Of a DNA stretch of 64,000 nt, positions 1 to 10,122 are shown one piece after another. The stretch spans positions 224,001 through 288,000 of the forward strand of contig CAVUWD010000014.1 of the NCBI GenBank assembly GCA_963745025.1, in the 5' to 3' direction. This DNA comes from an uncultured delta proteobacterium (lineage in GTDB: Bacteria > Desulfobacterota > Binatia > JACPRU01). Numbering within the stretch: position 1 is the stretch's first letter; every line of letters starts with the position of its first letter. The notes under the pieces were generated by a model, which worked only from the letters and a program-made list of their open reading frames with translations, did not search any database and was not told where the DNA came from. The translations under genes and the position numbers were made by a program.

Positions 1-523
1 GAACCTCCCCGTCGAGCCGGAACACGTGATCTTCTATTGCGGCTCGTGCTCGCGCGCCTGGCGAATCGTCGGCGACGATCTCGTCGAGATGCCCCACCGC
101 TTCGCCGGGCCTCGCGAAACGATCACCGAGAAGATCGCCGAGCACTTGCCGTTCTGGGCGCTTCGCGCGACGATCGGCGACGGCGACGCGCAGCCGTTTC
201 TGATCCCCGCGTTCCGCCATCGCCGCGCGCGGTCGCTCGTCGACCTCGCAACCTCGCTCTCGCAGCTCGCGCCTCATCTCGCGTCGACGGCGGCGCCGCG
301 CCGTGCGCGCGGCGGATACTTCGACGAGGCCGACGCTCGATCGCTGGCGCTCTTCGCCCACGCCGGCGCGGCGCCACGGAGTTTCGAGCGCGCGGAGCGC
401 TGCCGCTGCGAATCGATCCGCGTGGAGGAGAACGAGCTCGTGTGGCTTCCGTTTCTCTCCGACTCGTATTCGCTCCGCGACCCGTTCCACGGCATGGCGA
501 TTGCCCGCAAGCTCCTCTTGTAA
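1..523 (+). CDS. Hypothetical protein with CxxC zinc-ribbon motif, probably 5'-partial at window edge
   Basis: ORF 26..523 with CGSC motif; reading frame appears to extend to the window start. Confidence 0.5.
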   Translation, partial: NLPVEPEHVIFYCGSCSRAWRIVGDDLVEMPHRFAGPRETITEKIAEHLPFWALRATIGDGDAQPFLIPAFRHRRARSLVDLATSLSQLAPHLASTAAPRRARGGYFDEADARSLALFAHAGAAPRSFERAERCRCESIRVEENELVWLPFLSDSYSLRDPFHGMAIARKLLL

Positions 524-566
524 CGATGGTGCTCGAGCCCGGCGGCGATCGTGTCGTCGGACGAGG

Positions 567-1169
567 TCATCGCACACCTCGCGGGATGATCTCCCTCGTT
601 TCGGTGACGATTCGATCGACTCGCTCGTCGTGCGCGACCCGCGGGACCTCCGCGACGATTTGCAGCTCGAAGGCGACGCCGATCGCCTCGATCGGCGCCG
701 CGCGCCGCGCCTCGCGAAGAAACCGGTCGTAATGACCACCTCCGCGCCCGAGCCGTCCGCCGTTCTCATCGAAAGCGAGGCCGGGTACGACGACGACGCT
801 CCGGCCCGTACGCAGGTCGGCGGGCTCCAGCGGATCGCCCGCTTCGGGCTCGAGCACGCCGAGCGTCGAGTGACGCCACTTTGTCTCGAACGCGACACGC
901 ACGAAGCGGAGATGCGGGCCGTCGACGCGCGGCGCGAACACGCGCTGGTCCCGTCCGAGCGCCGCGGCGAGTAGCGCGTCGGTCGCGACCTCGCTCGGAA
1001 GCGAGAGATGGACGAGCAGGGCGTGAGCGGCGCGCACGGTACCGAGCGCATCGAGCCGCGCGACGATGCGCTCGCTCTTCGCCGTCCGATCCGACGCCGC
1101 CACGCTCGCGAGCCGCTCGCGCACCCGCGCGCGCAGACGAGCCTTGAGCGAGGCGGCGGCCTCGCTCAC
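567..1169 (-). CDS. 5-formyltetrahydrofolate cyclo-ligase
   Basis: Motifs VVVPGLAFDENGGRLGRGGGHYDRFL and HDERVDRIVTE; GTG start at 1169 overlaps upstream TGA (GTGA coupling). Confidence 0.9.
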   Translation of the reverse strand: MSEAAASLKARLRARVRERLASVAASDRTAKSERIVARLDALGTVRAAHALLVHLSLPSEVATDALLAAALGRDQRVFAPRVDGPHLRFVRVAFETKWRHSTLGVLEPEAGDPLEPADLRTGRSVVVVPGLAFDENGGRLGRGGGHYDRFLREARRAAPIEAIGVAFELQIVAEVPRVAHDERVDRIVTETREIIPRGVR

Positions 1170-1997
1170 TGCAGCGGACGCGCGACCGTGAGCCCGATGT
1201 CGTTTTGCGAGTAGCTGACCGTCAGCTCCTTGCCGTCGGCGGCCGACGAGAGATCCGGCAGATGCTCGAGGTCGTCGACCGCGACGCCGTTCATCTTCTG
1301 GAGCACGTCCCCGCTCCGCAGCCCGAGCTTGGCGAGGAAGCTCGCGGCATCGACCTTGCCGAGCTGGAGCCCGTGTCCGCCGCCGACCGTCACGCGCTTG
1401 GCATCGGCCTTCTCGAGAAGCGACGAGAGATCCTTCAGCGCCGCACGCGCCTCGGCGCGCGACAACGGCTCGGTCGCGCGCGGTGCGTGCCGCTTCCTTG
1501 GTGGCGGCGGTCGCTTCGACGATCTCTTCGACTGGCGTCTGCGCGGGCGCGGCGGTGACCTCCTTGGCGAGCTTCAACGTCACGTCCTGACCACCCGAGC
1601 GGATGACGACCGAGTCATCGCGGACGTCCTTCACGGTGCCGTGATCGAACACGGCGTCGCCCTTGCGGAAGATCTCCTGTCGCCCCTTGAAGCCGATCAG
1701 CGCCGACGGGGTACCGCCGCCGCGCACGATGCCGATCAGCTCGAGCTCCTCCGCCGAGCTTTCCTTCGCTTCGGGCGGCGAGGTCGGCAGCGGGGACGGT
1801 GAAGGCGCTGTCGTCGCTGTCGGCGCGGGCATGGGCGTCTCCGTCGGCGGGGCCTTCGTCGGGACGGTCACCGCAGCAACGGTCGCCCCGGCCTTCGCGG
1901 TCTCCGTCTTGGAGGTTTCGCCTTCCTTCCCTCGGCAGGCGGGAATCAAGAGCAAGAGCAACAGTAACCCCGACCACAGCAGTCCGCGATCTCGCAT
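1166..1997 (-). CDS. GspC-like (type II secretion protein C N-domain + PDZ) lipoprotein, apparent single frameshift near 1470-1500
   Basis: Signal/lipobox IPAC, Pro/Thr linker, LELIGIVRGG..SALI..IFRKGD..VVIR motif; PDZ-like FLAKLGLRSGDVLQKMNG in another frame (1166..1465). Confidence 0.6.
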
Positions 1998-2127
1998 GGG
2001 GTAATGCTAGTGACTCGCGTGCGACGCTGTCAACGGAAGCACGACAGGGAAGCACGACGTGCCGTTCTAGGCCACGGCTACCGGCTACCGGAAAGCGATC
2101 CGGGGGTTCTTGCGCGGTAGCCGGTCC

Positions 2128-2817
2128 TCATTCCCCCGAGATCAGGTTCGCGCGGATCGACTCGACCTCGTCCTGCCGGAGCCCTAGATCCTCCAGGAAC
2201 CGCTCGATGCCGCCGGCACGGTCGATGGCTCGAAACAGCGGCTCGAGCACCTCCGGCTCCTGCACGTTCTCCTGAAAGACCTCGTTCGACAGTAAGTAGT
2301 CGGCGACGATTTCCGCCCGTGGCACGCGGAGAGTCTCGAGCAGCAGTAGAGTGGCCACGCCGGTGCGGTCACGGCCGGCGGTACAGTGATAGAGGATGGA
2401 GTAGCGCTCGGCTTCCGCGAAGAGACGAAGAAAGCGCGTCCACTCTTCGGCATGGTCTCGCACCATGGCCACGTAGAAGGCCCCTTGCGACGACGTGTCG
2501 TCCGGAAGCAAGGTGCCATTCTGAAACCAGCGATCGCCGATCGGGATGTGTTCCCAACGCGCCTCGGGGAGCAAGGCGGCGATCGGGTCACCGAGGATGT
2601 CGATCTCCTGCCGCGTCTGCAGCGTGACCACGGTCCGGAGGTCCAGGGCAGCCACTTCCGCGCGGAGCTCGTCAGCAAGCGTCCCGAGATGTCCCGAGCG
2701 AAACACGCGGCCGCGCAGCACGCGCCGGCCCTCGAGGTTCACCCAATCGCCGATCGTCCGGAAGTTCCGACCGCCCCCTCTCGAGGCGGCAACGAGGAAA
2801 TCACGCAAGCCTTCCAT
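2128..2817 (-). CDS. Tyrosine-protein phosphatase (Y_phosphatase3 family)
   Basis: NFR..G, VFRSG and catalytic HCTAGRDRTG P-loop; DYLLSN. Confidence 0.9.
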   Translation of the reverse strand: MEGLRDFLVAASRGGGRNFRTIGDWVNLEGRRVLRGRVFRSGHLGTLADELRAEVAALDLRTVVTLQTRQEIDILGDPIAALLPEARWEHIPIGDRWFQNGTLLPDDTSSQGAFYVAMVRDHAEEWTRFLRLFAEAERYSILYHCTAGRDRTGVATLLLLETLRVPRAEIVADYLLSNEVFQENVQEPEVLEPLFRAIDRAGGIERFLEDLGLRQDEVESIRANLISGE

Positions 2818-2903
2818 CCCAAAATTGGTTGCACGTCACCCGCCAGCATTCAACTGGGTCGGAAAAGGGAGCAGGTCCCTTTCGGCGTTTTTGACAAAAC
2901 GCA

Positions 2904-3569
2904 TCACGCGGGCAGCAGGTCGCAGAACGCGAAGGTCGACTCCTCGCGAACCGCGCCCGGCGCGAACGCGACCGCGGCGGCGAACCCCGGCCCGTCGAAC
3001 ACGAACGTGTGGAACTCCCCGTTCTCGCCGCACGGATCGACCGTCGGCGGCAGGTCGTCGAGCAACGAGCGATCGAGAACCCGCCCGGCGAACGAGCGAT
3101 CGAGCGCGCGCAGGTCGACGCACACGAGCACGGCGCGAAAGCCGAGATCGACGAACTCGCGGGCGAGCGCCGCGGTGTCGCGCCGCCAGACCGGATAGAG
3201 CCCGCGCATGCCGAGACGGCCAAGGGTCATCTCGCGATAGTCGCGGATATCCTCGAGAAAGAGATCACCGAAGCCGACCGTCCGGACCCCCTGCGCACGG
3301 TATTCCTCGAGCACGCTCCGCATGCGCGCCTCGTAGACCTCGTTCGAGGGAACGGGCGGGATGCGGATCTCGCGCAGCGGCACGCCAAGCGCCTCAGCCT
3401 GTCGCGCGATCAGCTCGCGGCGCACGCAGTGCATGCCCACGCACTCCGTTCCTTCCGTGATGGTGGTGAGGAGCGCCGCCACCTCGTAGCCCCCCGAGCG
3501 CCGGATCTCGTGGAGCGCCAGCGCGCTATCCTTGCCGCCGCTCCAGGAAAGGAGGATTCGTTCCTTCAT
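2904..3569 (-). CDS. PP-loop ATP-binding protein (diphthine-ammonia ligase/MJ0570 family)
   Basis: SWSGGKDS PP-loop, FGDLFLEDIR, DPCGENGEFHTFV. Confidence 0.9.
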   Translation of the reverse strand: MKERILLSWSGGKDSALALHEIRRSGGYEVAALLTTITEGTECVGMHCVRRELIARQAEALGVPLREIRIPPVPSNEVYEARMRSVLEEYRAQGVRTVGFGDLFLEDIRDYREMTLGRLGMRGLYPVWRRDTAALAREFVDLGFRAVLVCVDLRALDRSFAGRVLDRSLLDDLPPTVDPCGENGEFHTFVFDGPGFAAAVAFAPGAVREESTFAFCDLLPA

Positions 3570-3914
3570 CGCGGTGGCTGATTGACGACGAATCGGGCGA
3601 TCGCTTCTGCGAGCGCCCGCGGCTCTTCGACCTGAAGAAAATGGGCGGGGCGTGGAATCTCCATCCCTTCGACCCGCGGCAGCCACTTCAGAAACATGGC
3701 GTGGCTCTCGCGGAAGGGCGGATCGCTCCTCTCGCCGACGAACGAGAGCGCGGGGGCTTTACGCGCGGCGCGTCGGCCGCGCTGAAGAGGCCCTTCTCGA
3801 GCTCGGGGAATACCGTGCCGAAGAGCGTGTCCGCGTCGTGCGACGCGTCGACGACCGACGCGCCACGGATCAGCAGCATCGGCTCGCCGCCCCCCTGTGC
3901 TTCGTACTCGAGCT

Positions 3915-5309
3915 TCACGGCATTGACGGTTTCCGTCGCGTCATTTCCTCCTCGAACAATACTCCCCACACCGCGTCTAGCGAATCGACGCCGAGGAGCT
4001 CGCAGCCGTCGGCGGAGCCGATTCGGCGCTCGCTCGCCGCTGGCAAGATGCAGCGGCGAAAGCCCATCTTCTGCGCCTCGCGCACGCGGAGCTCTGCCTG
4101 ATGGATCGCGCGCACCTCGCCGGCGAGGCCGACCTCGCCGATCACCAGTGTCGTCGGGTCGATCGGACGATCGAGAAAGCTCGACGCCACCGCGATGATC
4201 GCACCCAGGTCCGCGGCCGGCTCGTCGATCGAGAAGCCGCCGGCGACGTTCAGGAAGATGTCCTGGCCGGTCAAGTGAAGGCCGACCTTCTTCTCCAGCA
4301 CCGCGACGAGCAGCGCGAGCCGGTTCGAGTCGATGCCGAGCGTCGTCCGGCGCGGGGTGCCGAACGCGCTCGGCGTGACCAGCGCCTGGAGCTCGACGAG
4401 AATCGGCCGCGTTCCCTCCATCGCCGCGATGACCACCGACCCGGCGACGCCCACCGGACGCTCGGAGAGAAACAACTCTGAGGGATTGACGACGGGAGCG
4501 AGCCCGCTGTCCTTCATCTCGAAGACGCCGATCTCGTTCGTCGAGCCGAAGCGGTTCTTGACCGCGCGGAGCACGCGAAACGCGTGCCCGCGGTCGCCCT
4601 CGAAGTAGAGAACCGTGTCGACCATGTGCTCGAGGACGCGCGGTCCCGCGAGGTAGCCTTCTTTGGTCACATGGCCGACGAGAAAGCATGCGGCGCCGCT
4701 CCGCTTGCTGAAGGCGACCAGGCGCGCCGCCGACTCGCGCACCTGTCCGATCGAGCCGGCCGCGGAGGCGAGATCCGCGCTGGTCACCGTCTGGATCGAG
4801 TCGACGGCAATCACCTGCGGCCGAGCGCCGTCCGCGGTCTCGAGGATGCGCTCGAGGGAGGTTTCGCAGAAGACCGACGCCGCGGACCCGCCGAGCCCGA
4901 GCCGCTCGGCGCGCATGCGGATCTGCTGCGCCGACTCCTCACCGGAGACGTAGAGCGTCTTCACGCCGGAGGCGGCGATCGCGGCGGTAGCCTGCAGCAG
5001 AAGCGTCGACTTGCCGATCCCCGGGTCACCGCCGATGAGGATCGCGGAGCCCGCGACCATTCCGCCGCCGAGCACGCGATCGAGCTCGCCGATGCCGGTG
5101 GAGCGCCGCTCCTCGCCGTCGGCGACGATCTCCGAGAGCGGCGTCGGACGCCCTTCGGATACGGCCGGCCGGCGCCCCCCCTTTGCCGGCGGAGCGACTC
5201 GCTCCTCGACGAGGCTCTCCCAGCGCCCGCAGTCGGGGCAACGGCCGAGCCACTTGGGCGTCTGATGGCCGCAGTTCTGGCAGGAGAAGAGCGTTCTTTC
5301 CCGGGCCAC
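3915..5309 (-). CDS. radA: DNA repair protein RadA/Sms
   Basis: CQNCG..CPDCG zinc finger, GGDPGIGKST Walker A, KNRFG motif, Lon-like C-terminus. Confidence 0.97.
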   Translation of the reverse strand: MARERTLFSCQNCGHQTPKWLGRCPDCGRWESLVEERVAPPAKGGRRPAVSEGRPTPLSEIVADGEERRSTGIGELDRVLGGGMVAGSAILIGGDPGIGKSTLLLQATAAIAASGVKTLYVSGEESAQQIRMRAERLGLGGSAASVFCETSLERILETADGARPQVIAVDSIQTVTSADLASAAGSIGQVRESAARLVAFSKRSGAACFLVGHVTKEGYLAGPRVLEHMVDTVLYFEGDRGHAFRVLRAVKNRFGSTNEIGVFEMKDSGLAPVVNPSELFLSERPVGVAGSVVIAAMEGTRPILVELQALVTPSAFGTPRRTTLGIDSNRLALLVAVLEKKVGLHLTGQDIFLNVAGGFSIDEPAADLGAIIAVASSFLDRPIDPTTLVIGEVGLAGEVRAIHQAELRVREAQKMGFRRCILPAASERRIGSADGCELLGVDSLDAVWGVLFEEEMTRRKPSMP

Positions 5310-5621
5310 GGTCGCCGTGTATAGCACAATCCCATACCAGACCCCGTCGCTGAGCCACGAAGCCCTCGTCGTCGTGCTCCGTGAGATGATGAACGGGAGC
5401 TGGGTGCTCAAGGCGATCGCCGCCGCCGAGCTCGGCATGGCTGGCTGGGCTAGGTACATCGACGTTCGGCAGACCGGCAGCTGCTACCGCACGCTCTACG
5501 GGTCCAAGTATTTTCGCTCGATGGGTGAACCACCCCGCTGCCGAGCCGGATCTCGCGCAGCGACTGAACGCACGGGCGCTCGCACGCCTCACCGAGGTTT
5601 CGTGCCTCGGCGAGCCCGGGT

Positions 5622-6902
5622 TCATCGACGCAGGCGACGCGCTTTCGCGCGAACCCCTGCGCGCGGTCGGCGAACCACCGGCCTCGCGGATCGTAGCGCG
5701 CTGAGCGCAGCCGCCGCCGCTTCTTGATAAACGATCTTCAGTGGTGCACCGCTCGCGACGGCGATTCGCCTGCAGTCTTCATATTCCGGCGACACGTTGA
5801 CGTGCCCGCCCGGGTCGCGCCCGAGCTTCACGCGTACGCGTCCGAAACGGGTTTCGACCTCGCGGCTCTCGCGCTCGATGCGCAGGCGCTCGACCGGCGA
5901 GACGCGGACGCCGAGCGTCGAGGTTTCGCTGAAGAGCGTGGCGACGAGCCGTTCGCGGCGCTCGTAGTCGGCGAGGACCGAGAGCAGCGTGGCCGGCCGG
6001 TTCTTCTTCATGTGGATCGGCGTGAGAAACACGTCGCGCGCTCCTTCGGCGAAGAGCCGATCCATGACATGACCGTAGAGCTCCGGGTTGAAATCGTCGA
6101 GGTTCGTCTCGAGCACCAGCAGCGAATCGACGCCGATGGCGGTGGCGCGCTCGCCGACGAGCACGCGCAGCAGATTCGGTCGGTCGGCGAGCTCCCGTTC
6201 TCCCGCGCCATACCCGATGCGCTCGACGCGCACGCTCTCCGGCATGGTCCCCGGGCGGGCGAGCGCCGCGACGATCGCCGCCCCTGTGGGTGTGACGAGC
6301 TCTCCCTGCCCGTCGCCGATCCGGACCGAAAAGCCGCGCAGCAGCTCGGCGGTCGCGGGGCCGGGCACGGGGAGGGGACCGTGCGCGCTTCGAACCATCC
6401 CGCTGCCGAGCGGCAGCGGAGAGACCACTAGCTCCTCGATTCCGAGCGCGTCGATGCCCCATGCGGCACCGACGATGTCGACGATCGAGTCGATCGCGCC
6501 GACTTCGTGAAAGGCGACTTCGTCCGGCTCGACGCCGTGGACTTTTCCCTCGGCCTCGGCGAGACACACGAACACCTGCAGCGCGAGCTCGCAGACGCGC
6601 GGCGCGAGCGCGCTCTGGCGGATCAACTCGCGAATGTCGCGAAACGATCGATGGAAGCGCTCGCCATGCGAGTGGCCATGCGAATGCCGGTGCGGAGGAT
6701 GGTCGTCGTCGATTTCGACCACGAACTTCGTTGCCCGGATTCCGCTGCGCTCTCGCGTCTCACGCCGGACGCGATAGCCGCGGACGTCGAGCTTGGCGAG
6801 CTCGCGCTCGAGCGCGGCGACGTCGAGCCCACAATCGAGCAGGGCTCCGACCGCCATGTCGCCTGACAGACCCGAGAATGCGTCGAGGTAGGCGACCTTC
6901 AT
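5622..6902 (-). CDS. larC: Nickel pincer cofactor biosynthesis protein LarC
   Basis: YLDAFSGLSGDM, His-rich tract, FHEVGAIDSIVDI, GELVTPTGAA, MKKNRP, PEYED. Confidence 0.95.
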   Translation of the reverse strand: MKVAYLDAFSGLSGDMAVGALLDCGLDVAALERELAKLDVRGYRVRRETRERSGIRATKFVVEIDDDHPPHRHSHGHSHGERFHRSFRDIRELIRQSALAPRVCELALQVFVCLAEAEGKVHGVEPDEVAFHEVGAIDSIVDIVGAAWGIDALGIEELVVSPLPLGSGMVRSAHGPLPVPGPATAELLRGFSVRIGDGQGELVTPTGAAIVAALARPGTMPESVRVERIGYGAGERELADRPNLLRVLVGERATAIGVDSLLVLETNLDDFNPELYGHVMDRLFAEGARDVFLTPIHMKKNRPATLLSVLADYERRERLVATLFSETSTLGVRVSPVERLRIERESREVETRFGRVRVKLGRDPGGHVNVSPEYEDCRRIAVASGAPLKIVYQEAAAAALSALRSARPVVRRPRAGVRAKARRLRR

Positions 6903-6978
6903 GCCTGGATTCTGCTCACCTGTACCTTTACTCGCAAGGGCGCGCGATGATAACAATTGCGGTTAAACGTAGGTGCCC

Positions 6979-7341
6979 ATGAACAAGCGTGACCTCAAGT
7001 TCTTCAAGGAACTCTTGAATGAGCGCCGTGTCGAGCTGTTGCGTGAAGCCGGGCGTTCGGTCGACGGCATGTCGGACGACAAGGAGAACTTCCCGGATCC
7101 CGCCGATCGCGCCTCGCTCGAGTTCAATCGAAACTTCATGCTGCGCATCCGCGACCGAGAGCGGAAGCTGATCACCAAGATCGACGAGGCGCTCGCGCGG
7201 ATCGAGGACGTCAGCTACGGCCTCTGCGAGCAGTGCGAGGAGGAGATCGGCGTCGAGCGCTTGAAGGCGCGCCCGGTCACCACGCTCTGCATCGACTGCA
7301 AAGCCGCGCAGGAGGCTCAGGAGAAAAAGCTCGGCACCTGA
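6979..7341 (+). CDS. dksA: RNA polymerase-binding protein DksA
   Basis: DPADRAS coiled-coil tip and CEQC..RLKARP..CIDC zinc finger. Confidence 0.95.
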   Translation: MNKRDLKFFKELLNERRVELLREAGRSVDGMSDDKENFPDPADRASLEFNRNFMLRIRDRERKLITKIDEALARIEDVSYGLCEQCEEEIGVERLKARPVTTLCIDCKAAQEAQEKKLGT

Positions 7342-7447
7342 GCCGTCGGCCCGTGGTCGCTCCTACCACCTTGAAGCCGCCGAAAACGGCTGCTAGGAGG
7401 ATCGCTTCGGCGTTCCGGCACGCGGACCGCCCTTCGGTTCCCGATAC

Positions 7448-7520
7448 GGGGCAGTAGCTCAGCTGGGAGAGCACCACGTTCGCAACGTGGGGGTCGAGGG
7501 TTCGAATCCCTTCTGCTCCA
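7448..7520 (+). tRNA. tRNA-Ala (anticodon CGC), CCA not encoded
   Basis: Cloverleaf GGGGCAG/CTGCTCC acceptor stem with G3:U70 alanine determinant, D-arm TAGCTCAGCTGGGAGAGC, anticodon arm CCACG-TTCGCAA-CGTGG, T-loop GGTTCGAATCC. Confidence 0.97.
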
Positions 7521-7522
7521 TT
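7497..7522 (+). repeat. att core copy 1 (tRNA-Ala 3' end, 26 bp)
   Basis: AGGGTTCGAATCCCTTCTGCTCCATT identical to 10719..10744. Confidence 0.9.
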
Positions 7523-7538
7523 AATTCCTTCAATTAAT

Positions 7539-9926
7539 TCACATACTTACGAGACAGATTGAACCACGTGGTTCAAACTGCCCTTGTTTGAACGCAGCGA
7601 AAGCATATCGCGGCCGGTGATGGCGCCGATGGAGACGGCCGCTGTACTGAATGAGAGTCCCCTTCCACGAGATCGGCATCGCGAGAAAGAGCGTATCAAG
7701 GCGGGCGTCGTCGAATCCCTCACCGACGTACCGGCCGGTCGCCAGCACCAGCCGCTCTGCGGTATCCGGGATCGCGGCGAGGCGTTCGGCCGACACGCGC
7801 CGTTCCTTGGGGCTCGTCCCGCCGTGGAGCAGAACGAGATGCTGCACGAACGCGCGGAGGTGGTCGGCGAAGTACTCGACGTGGTCCTTCCGCTCGGTGA
7901 GCAGGATCGGTGAGCGACCCTCGTGGATGGCCGCGATCACGTCATCGAGGATTTCTCTGTTCCGTGCGTTGTCGTGAGCGAGCGCACGATAGACCTCCTG
8001 AATGCTCGCGTCGGCACTGTCACCCGCCATTCGGAACGCGGTCTCACGAACGATCAGCCGGTGGTCGAACGGGCGGCGCGCGGCCTGGATCTTCACGTCC
8101 ACGCTGAAGCGGATCGGCCCGAGCTGCATCTCGGTGATGGGTTGGTGGCCGTCGCGCCGCTCCGGTGTTGCCGTGAGGCCGACGAGGTAGCGCGCCTTCA
8201 CCTCTGAAAGCACGCGCTCGAAGGAGACGGCAGGCACGTGGTGACACTCGTCGACGATGACGTGTCCATAGACGGCGACGAGGTCGTCGACTTGCCCCTT
8301 CCGGACGAGGCTCTGGATCATCGCCACGTCGAGGCGACCGTTGGGCTTCCGCTTTCCGCCGCCGATCTGGCCCACCTCCTTCTCGTCGATGCCGAGAAAC
8401 ATCGCCAGCTGAGCGATCCATTGGTCGAGGAGAGGCTTGCGATGGACGAGGACCAAAGCGCTTCGGGCGCGCTCGGCGATCAGGTACGTGCCGAGCACCG
8501 TCTTGCCGATCCCGGGCGGACCGCAGAATACGCCCGTCTCATGCGTCAAGAGCGCGGCAGCCGCGTCTCTCTGGACGGCGGTGAGATCACCGTCGAATGT
8601 GAAGTCCAGAAGAACGCCGTCGTGCCTACGGTCCTCAACGGCCAGCTTCACGCCGAGCTGTTTGAAGAGCGCTTGCGCCTCCGACAAGCAACCGCGCGGC
8701 AAGGCGATGAAGCGCGGCAGATCTTCGAAACAGGCGACGACACGCGGCGTCGTCGCCGTCGAGAGGCGCATCCTCTGCTTCTTGTAGAACTCGGGATTCT
8801 GGAAGGCAGCGAGCCGCTTCAACTGGTTCAGCAACTGCGAGGGGAGACCTGCCTTCTCGACGAAGAGTCGTTGCGCAAGCACGGCCGCTACTTCCGACGG
8901 CAGCGGGCCCTCGACGCGGGGCGGTCGAGGCCGTCCTGGTGGCCTCGACCACGGCGCCGCTATCTCCTGTTCGTCGATGACGTCTGCGAAGCGGATTCCA
9001 ACCACTTGTCGGGTGCGAGTCGCCTCTTTCGCGATCGCCTCGACCGCTGCGGGCTCCAAGCGCGGTACGGTCGCGAGGAAGGCCCACTGGTCGGAGAACG
9101 GCTCGAACCGCTCGTCGACGAAGACGCTGTTCCCCTGTTCCCTGGCTTCGTGCTGGAGAGGCAGCGCGATCAAGTTCCCGAAACCGCCCCGCGGCAAGGT
9201 GTCTTGGTTTGGAAAGAACCGGTCATACGACTCCATGCTGAGCTCGTGTCGGCGGCTCATCGTCTGGGTGATGAGGTAGCAGCCCATTCGCCGCGCCACG
9301 TTCGCTCGCACCGGCGCGGTGAAAAAGAACCACGCGTGGGCGCCGTTCCCCGAACGAGAGCGCTCGATCGCGATAGGGACGCTACGGACTCGACAGGTCT
9401 CCGCGAAGGCTGCGACATCCTCTTTCCACGAGCTCTTGTCGAAATCAGCAGCGAGGAACCAGCACGTCTCGTCTTCGAGGAGCGGGTACACGCCCATGAC
9501 GTGCTTGCCCCGCAGGTGGTCGAGGACGACCTGGTCGCTCACGGGCAAGAACGCCTGGTTCGGGCACTCGCTGCACTTGCCTCCGGTCTTCAGGATGCAA
9601 AGGCCCGCCTGGAACTTGTTCGAGCACTCGGGAGCGTACCCGGGCTTGCCGGTCCTCTTGCTCACGAAGCGAGTCGGGAAGATGTCCGGCCGCCCTCGGA
9701 AAAGCGACCGGAAGAGCTTGACCTTGTCGGCTGGCGTGTGAGGCGTTTTGCCGTTCCCCGCGGACGGGAGCGACCAGACCGGAGACGTCGTGCTCGAAGC
9801 TGCCTCGAGCTTCGACAGCAGCTGCTCGCGCCTTGCTCGCGCCTCGGCAAGAGCTCGCTCGAGATCAGCGAGGCGTTGCTCCTCGCGAGCTATCTCCACG
9901 AGGATCGTTTCCTTCGACCGGCTCAT
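7539..9926 (-). CDS. Archaeo-eukaryotic primase-like domain (TOTE conflict-system type) fused to SF2 DEAD/DEAH helicase; C-terminus apparently replaced at the island junction
   Basis: LFRGR..YAP.C, FLAADFD, SRSGNGAHAW, GGFGNLIALPLQ primase-like motifs; GPPGIGKT, DECHH, GLTATP, GEGFDD, QYSGRLHR helicase motifs; frame runs through the palindrome. Confidence 0.8.
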   Translation of the reverse strand: MSRSKETILVEIAREEQRLADLERALAEARARREQLLSKLEAASSTTSPVWSLPSAGNGKTPHTPADKVKLFRSLFRGRPDIFPTRFVSKRTGKPGYAPECSNKFQAGLCILKTGGKCSECPNQAFLPVSDQVVLDHLRGKHVMGVYPLLEDETCWFLAADFDKSSWKEDVAAFAETCRVRSVPIAIERSRSGNGAHAWFFFTAPVRANVARRMGCYLITQTMSRRHELSMESYDRFFPNQDTLPRGGFGNLIALPLQHEAREQGNSVFVDERFEPFSDQWAFLATVPRLEPAAVEAIAKEATRTRQVVGIRFADVIDEQEIAAPWSRPPGRPRPPRVEGPLPSEVAAVLAQRLFVEKAGLPSQLLNQLKRLAAFQNPEFYKKQRMRLSTATTPRVVACFEDLPRFIALPRGCLSEAQALFKQLGVKLAVEDRRHDGVLLDFTFDGDLTAVQRDAAAALLTHETGVFCGPPGIGKTVLGTYLIAERARSALVLVHRKPLLDQWIAQLAMFLGIDEKEVGQIGGGKRKPNGRLDVAMIQSLVRKGQVDDLVAVYGHVIVDECHHVPAVSFERVLSEVKARYLVGLTATPERRDGHQPITEMQLGPIRFSVDVKIQAARRPFDHRLIVRETAFRMAGDSADASIQEVYRALAHDNARNREILDDVIAAIHEGRSPILLTERKDHVEYFADHLRAFVQHLVLLHGGTSPKERRVSAERLAAIPDTAERLVLATGRYVGEGFDDARLDTLFLAMPISWKGTLIQYSGRLHRRHHRPRYAFAAFKQGQFEPRGSICLVSM
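7559..7576. repeat. Palindrome TTGAACCACGTGGTTCAA copy 1
   Basis: Perfect 18-bp palindrome; context CAGA-core-ACTG (one mismatch in extended arms). Confidence 0.95.
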
Positions 9927-10122
9927 GCTCGGTGCTCGCGGGGTCAGCGCCGCTTTGAGTCGCGATTATACACGCGCAGTGCCTGCCGCATGAAACCGAG
10001 CCGTCGACCCCATTCAGGCAACCGGCGGACAGCAACGGGCGCGATCGGCCGACGGTTCTGGCGCGCTGCACTAGCCCCCGGAATGTGAGTAGGATAGCCT
10101 TATACCCCACGATGAGGACACG

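Noticed and set aside
567-1997. 476-aa ORF suggesting a GspC/5-formyl-THF cyclo-ligase fusion
   Set aside because: A frameshift near 1470-1500 joins two genes; the PDZ half is in another frame and the ligase has its own coupled GTG start at 1169.
8238-10088. Long antisense ORFs (here and at 23312, 33834, 35722 and others)
   Set aside because: Shadow ORFs expected in high-GC DNA opposite recognisable genes; no motifs.
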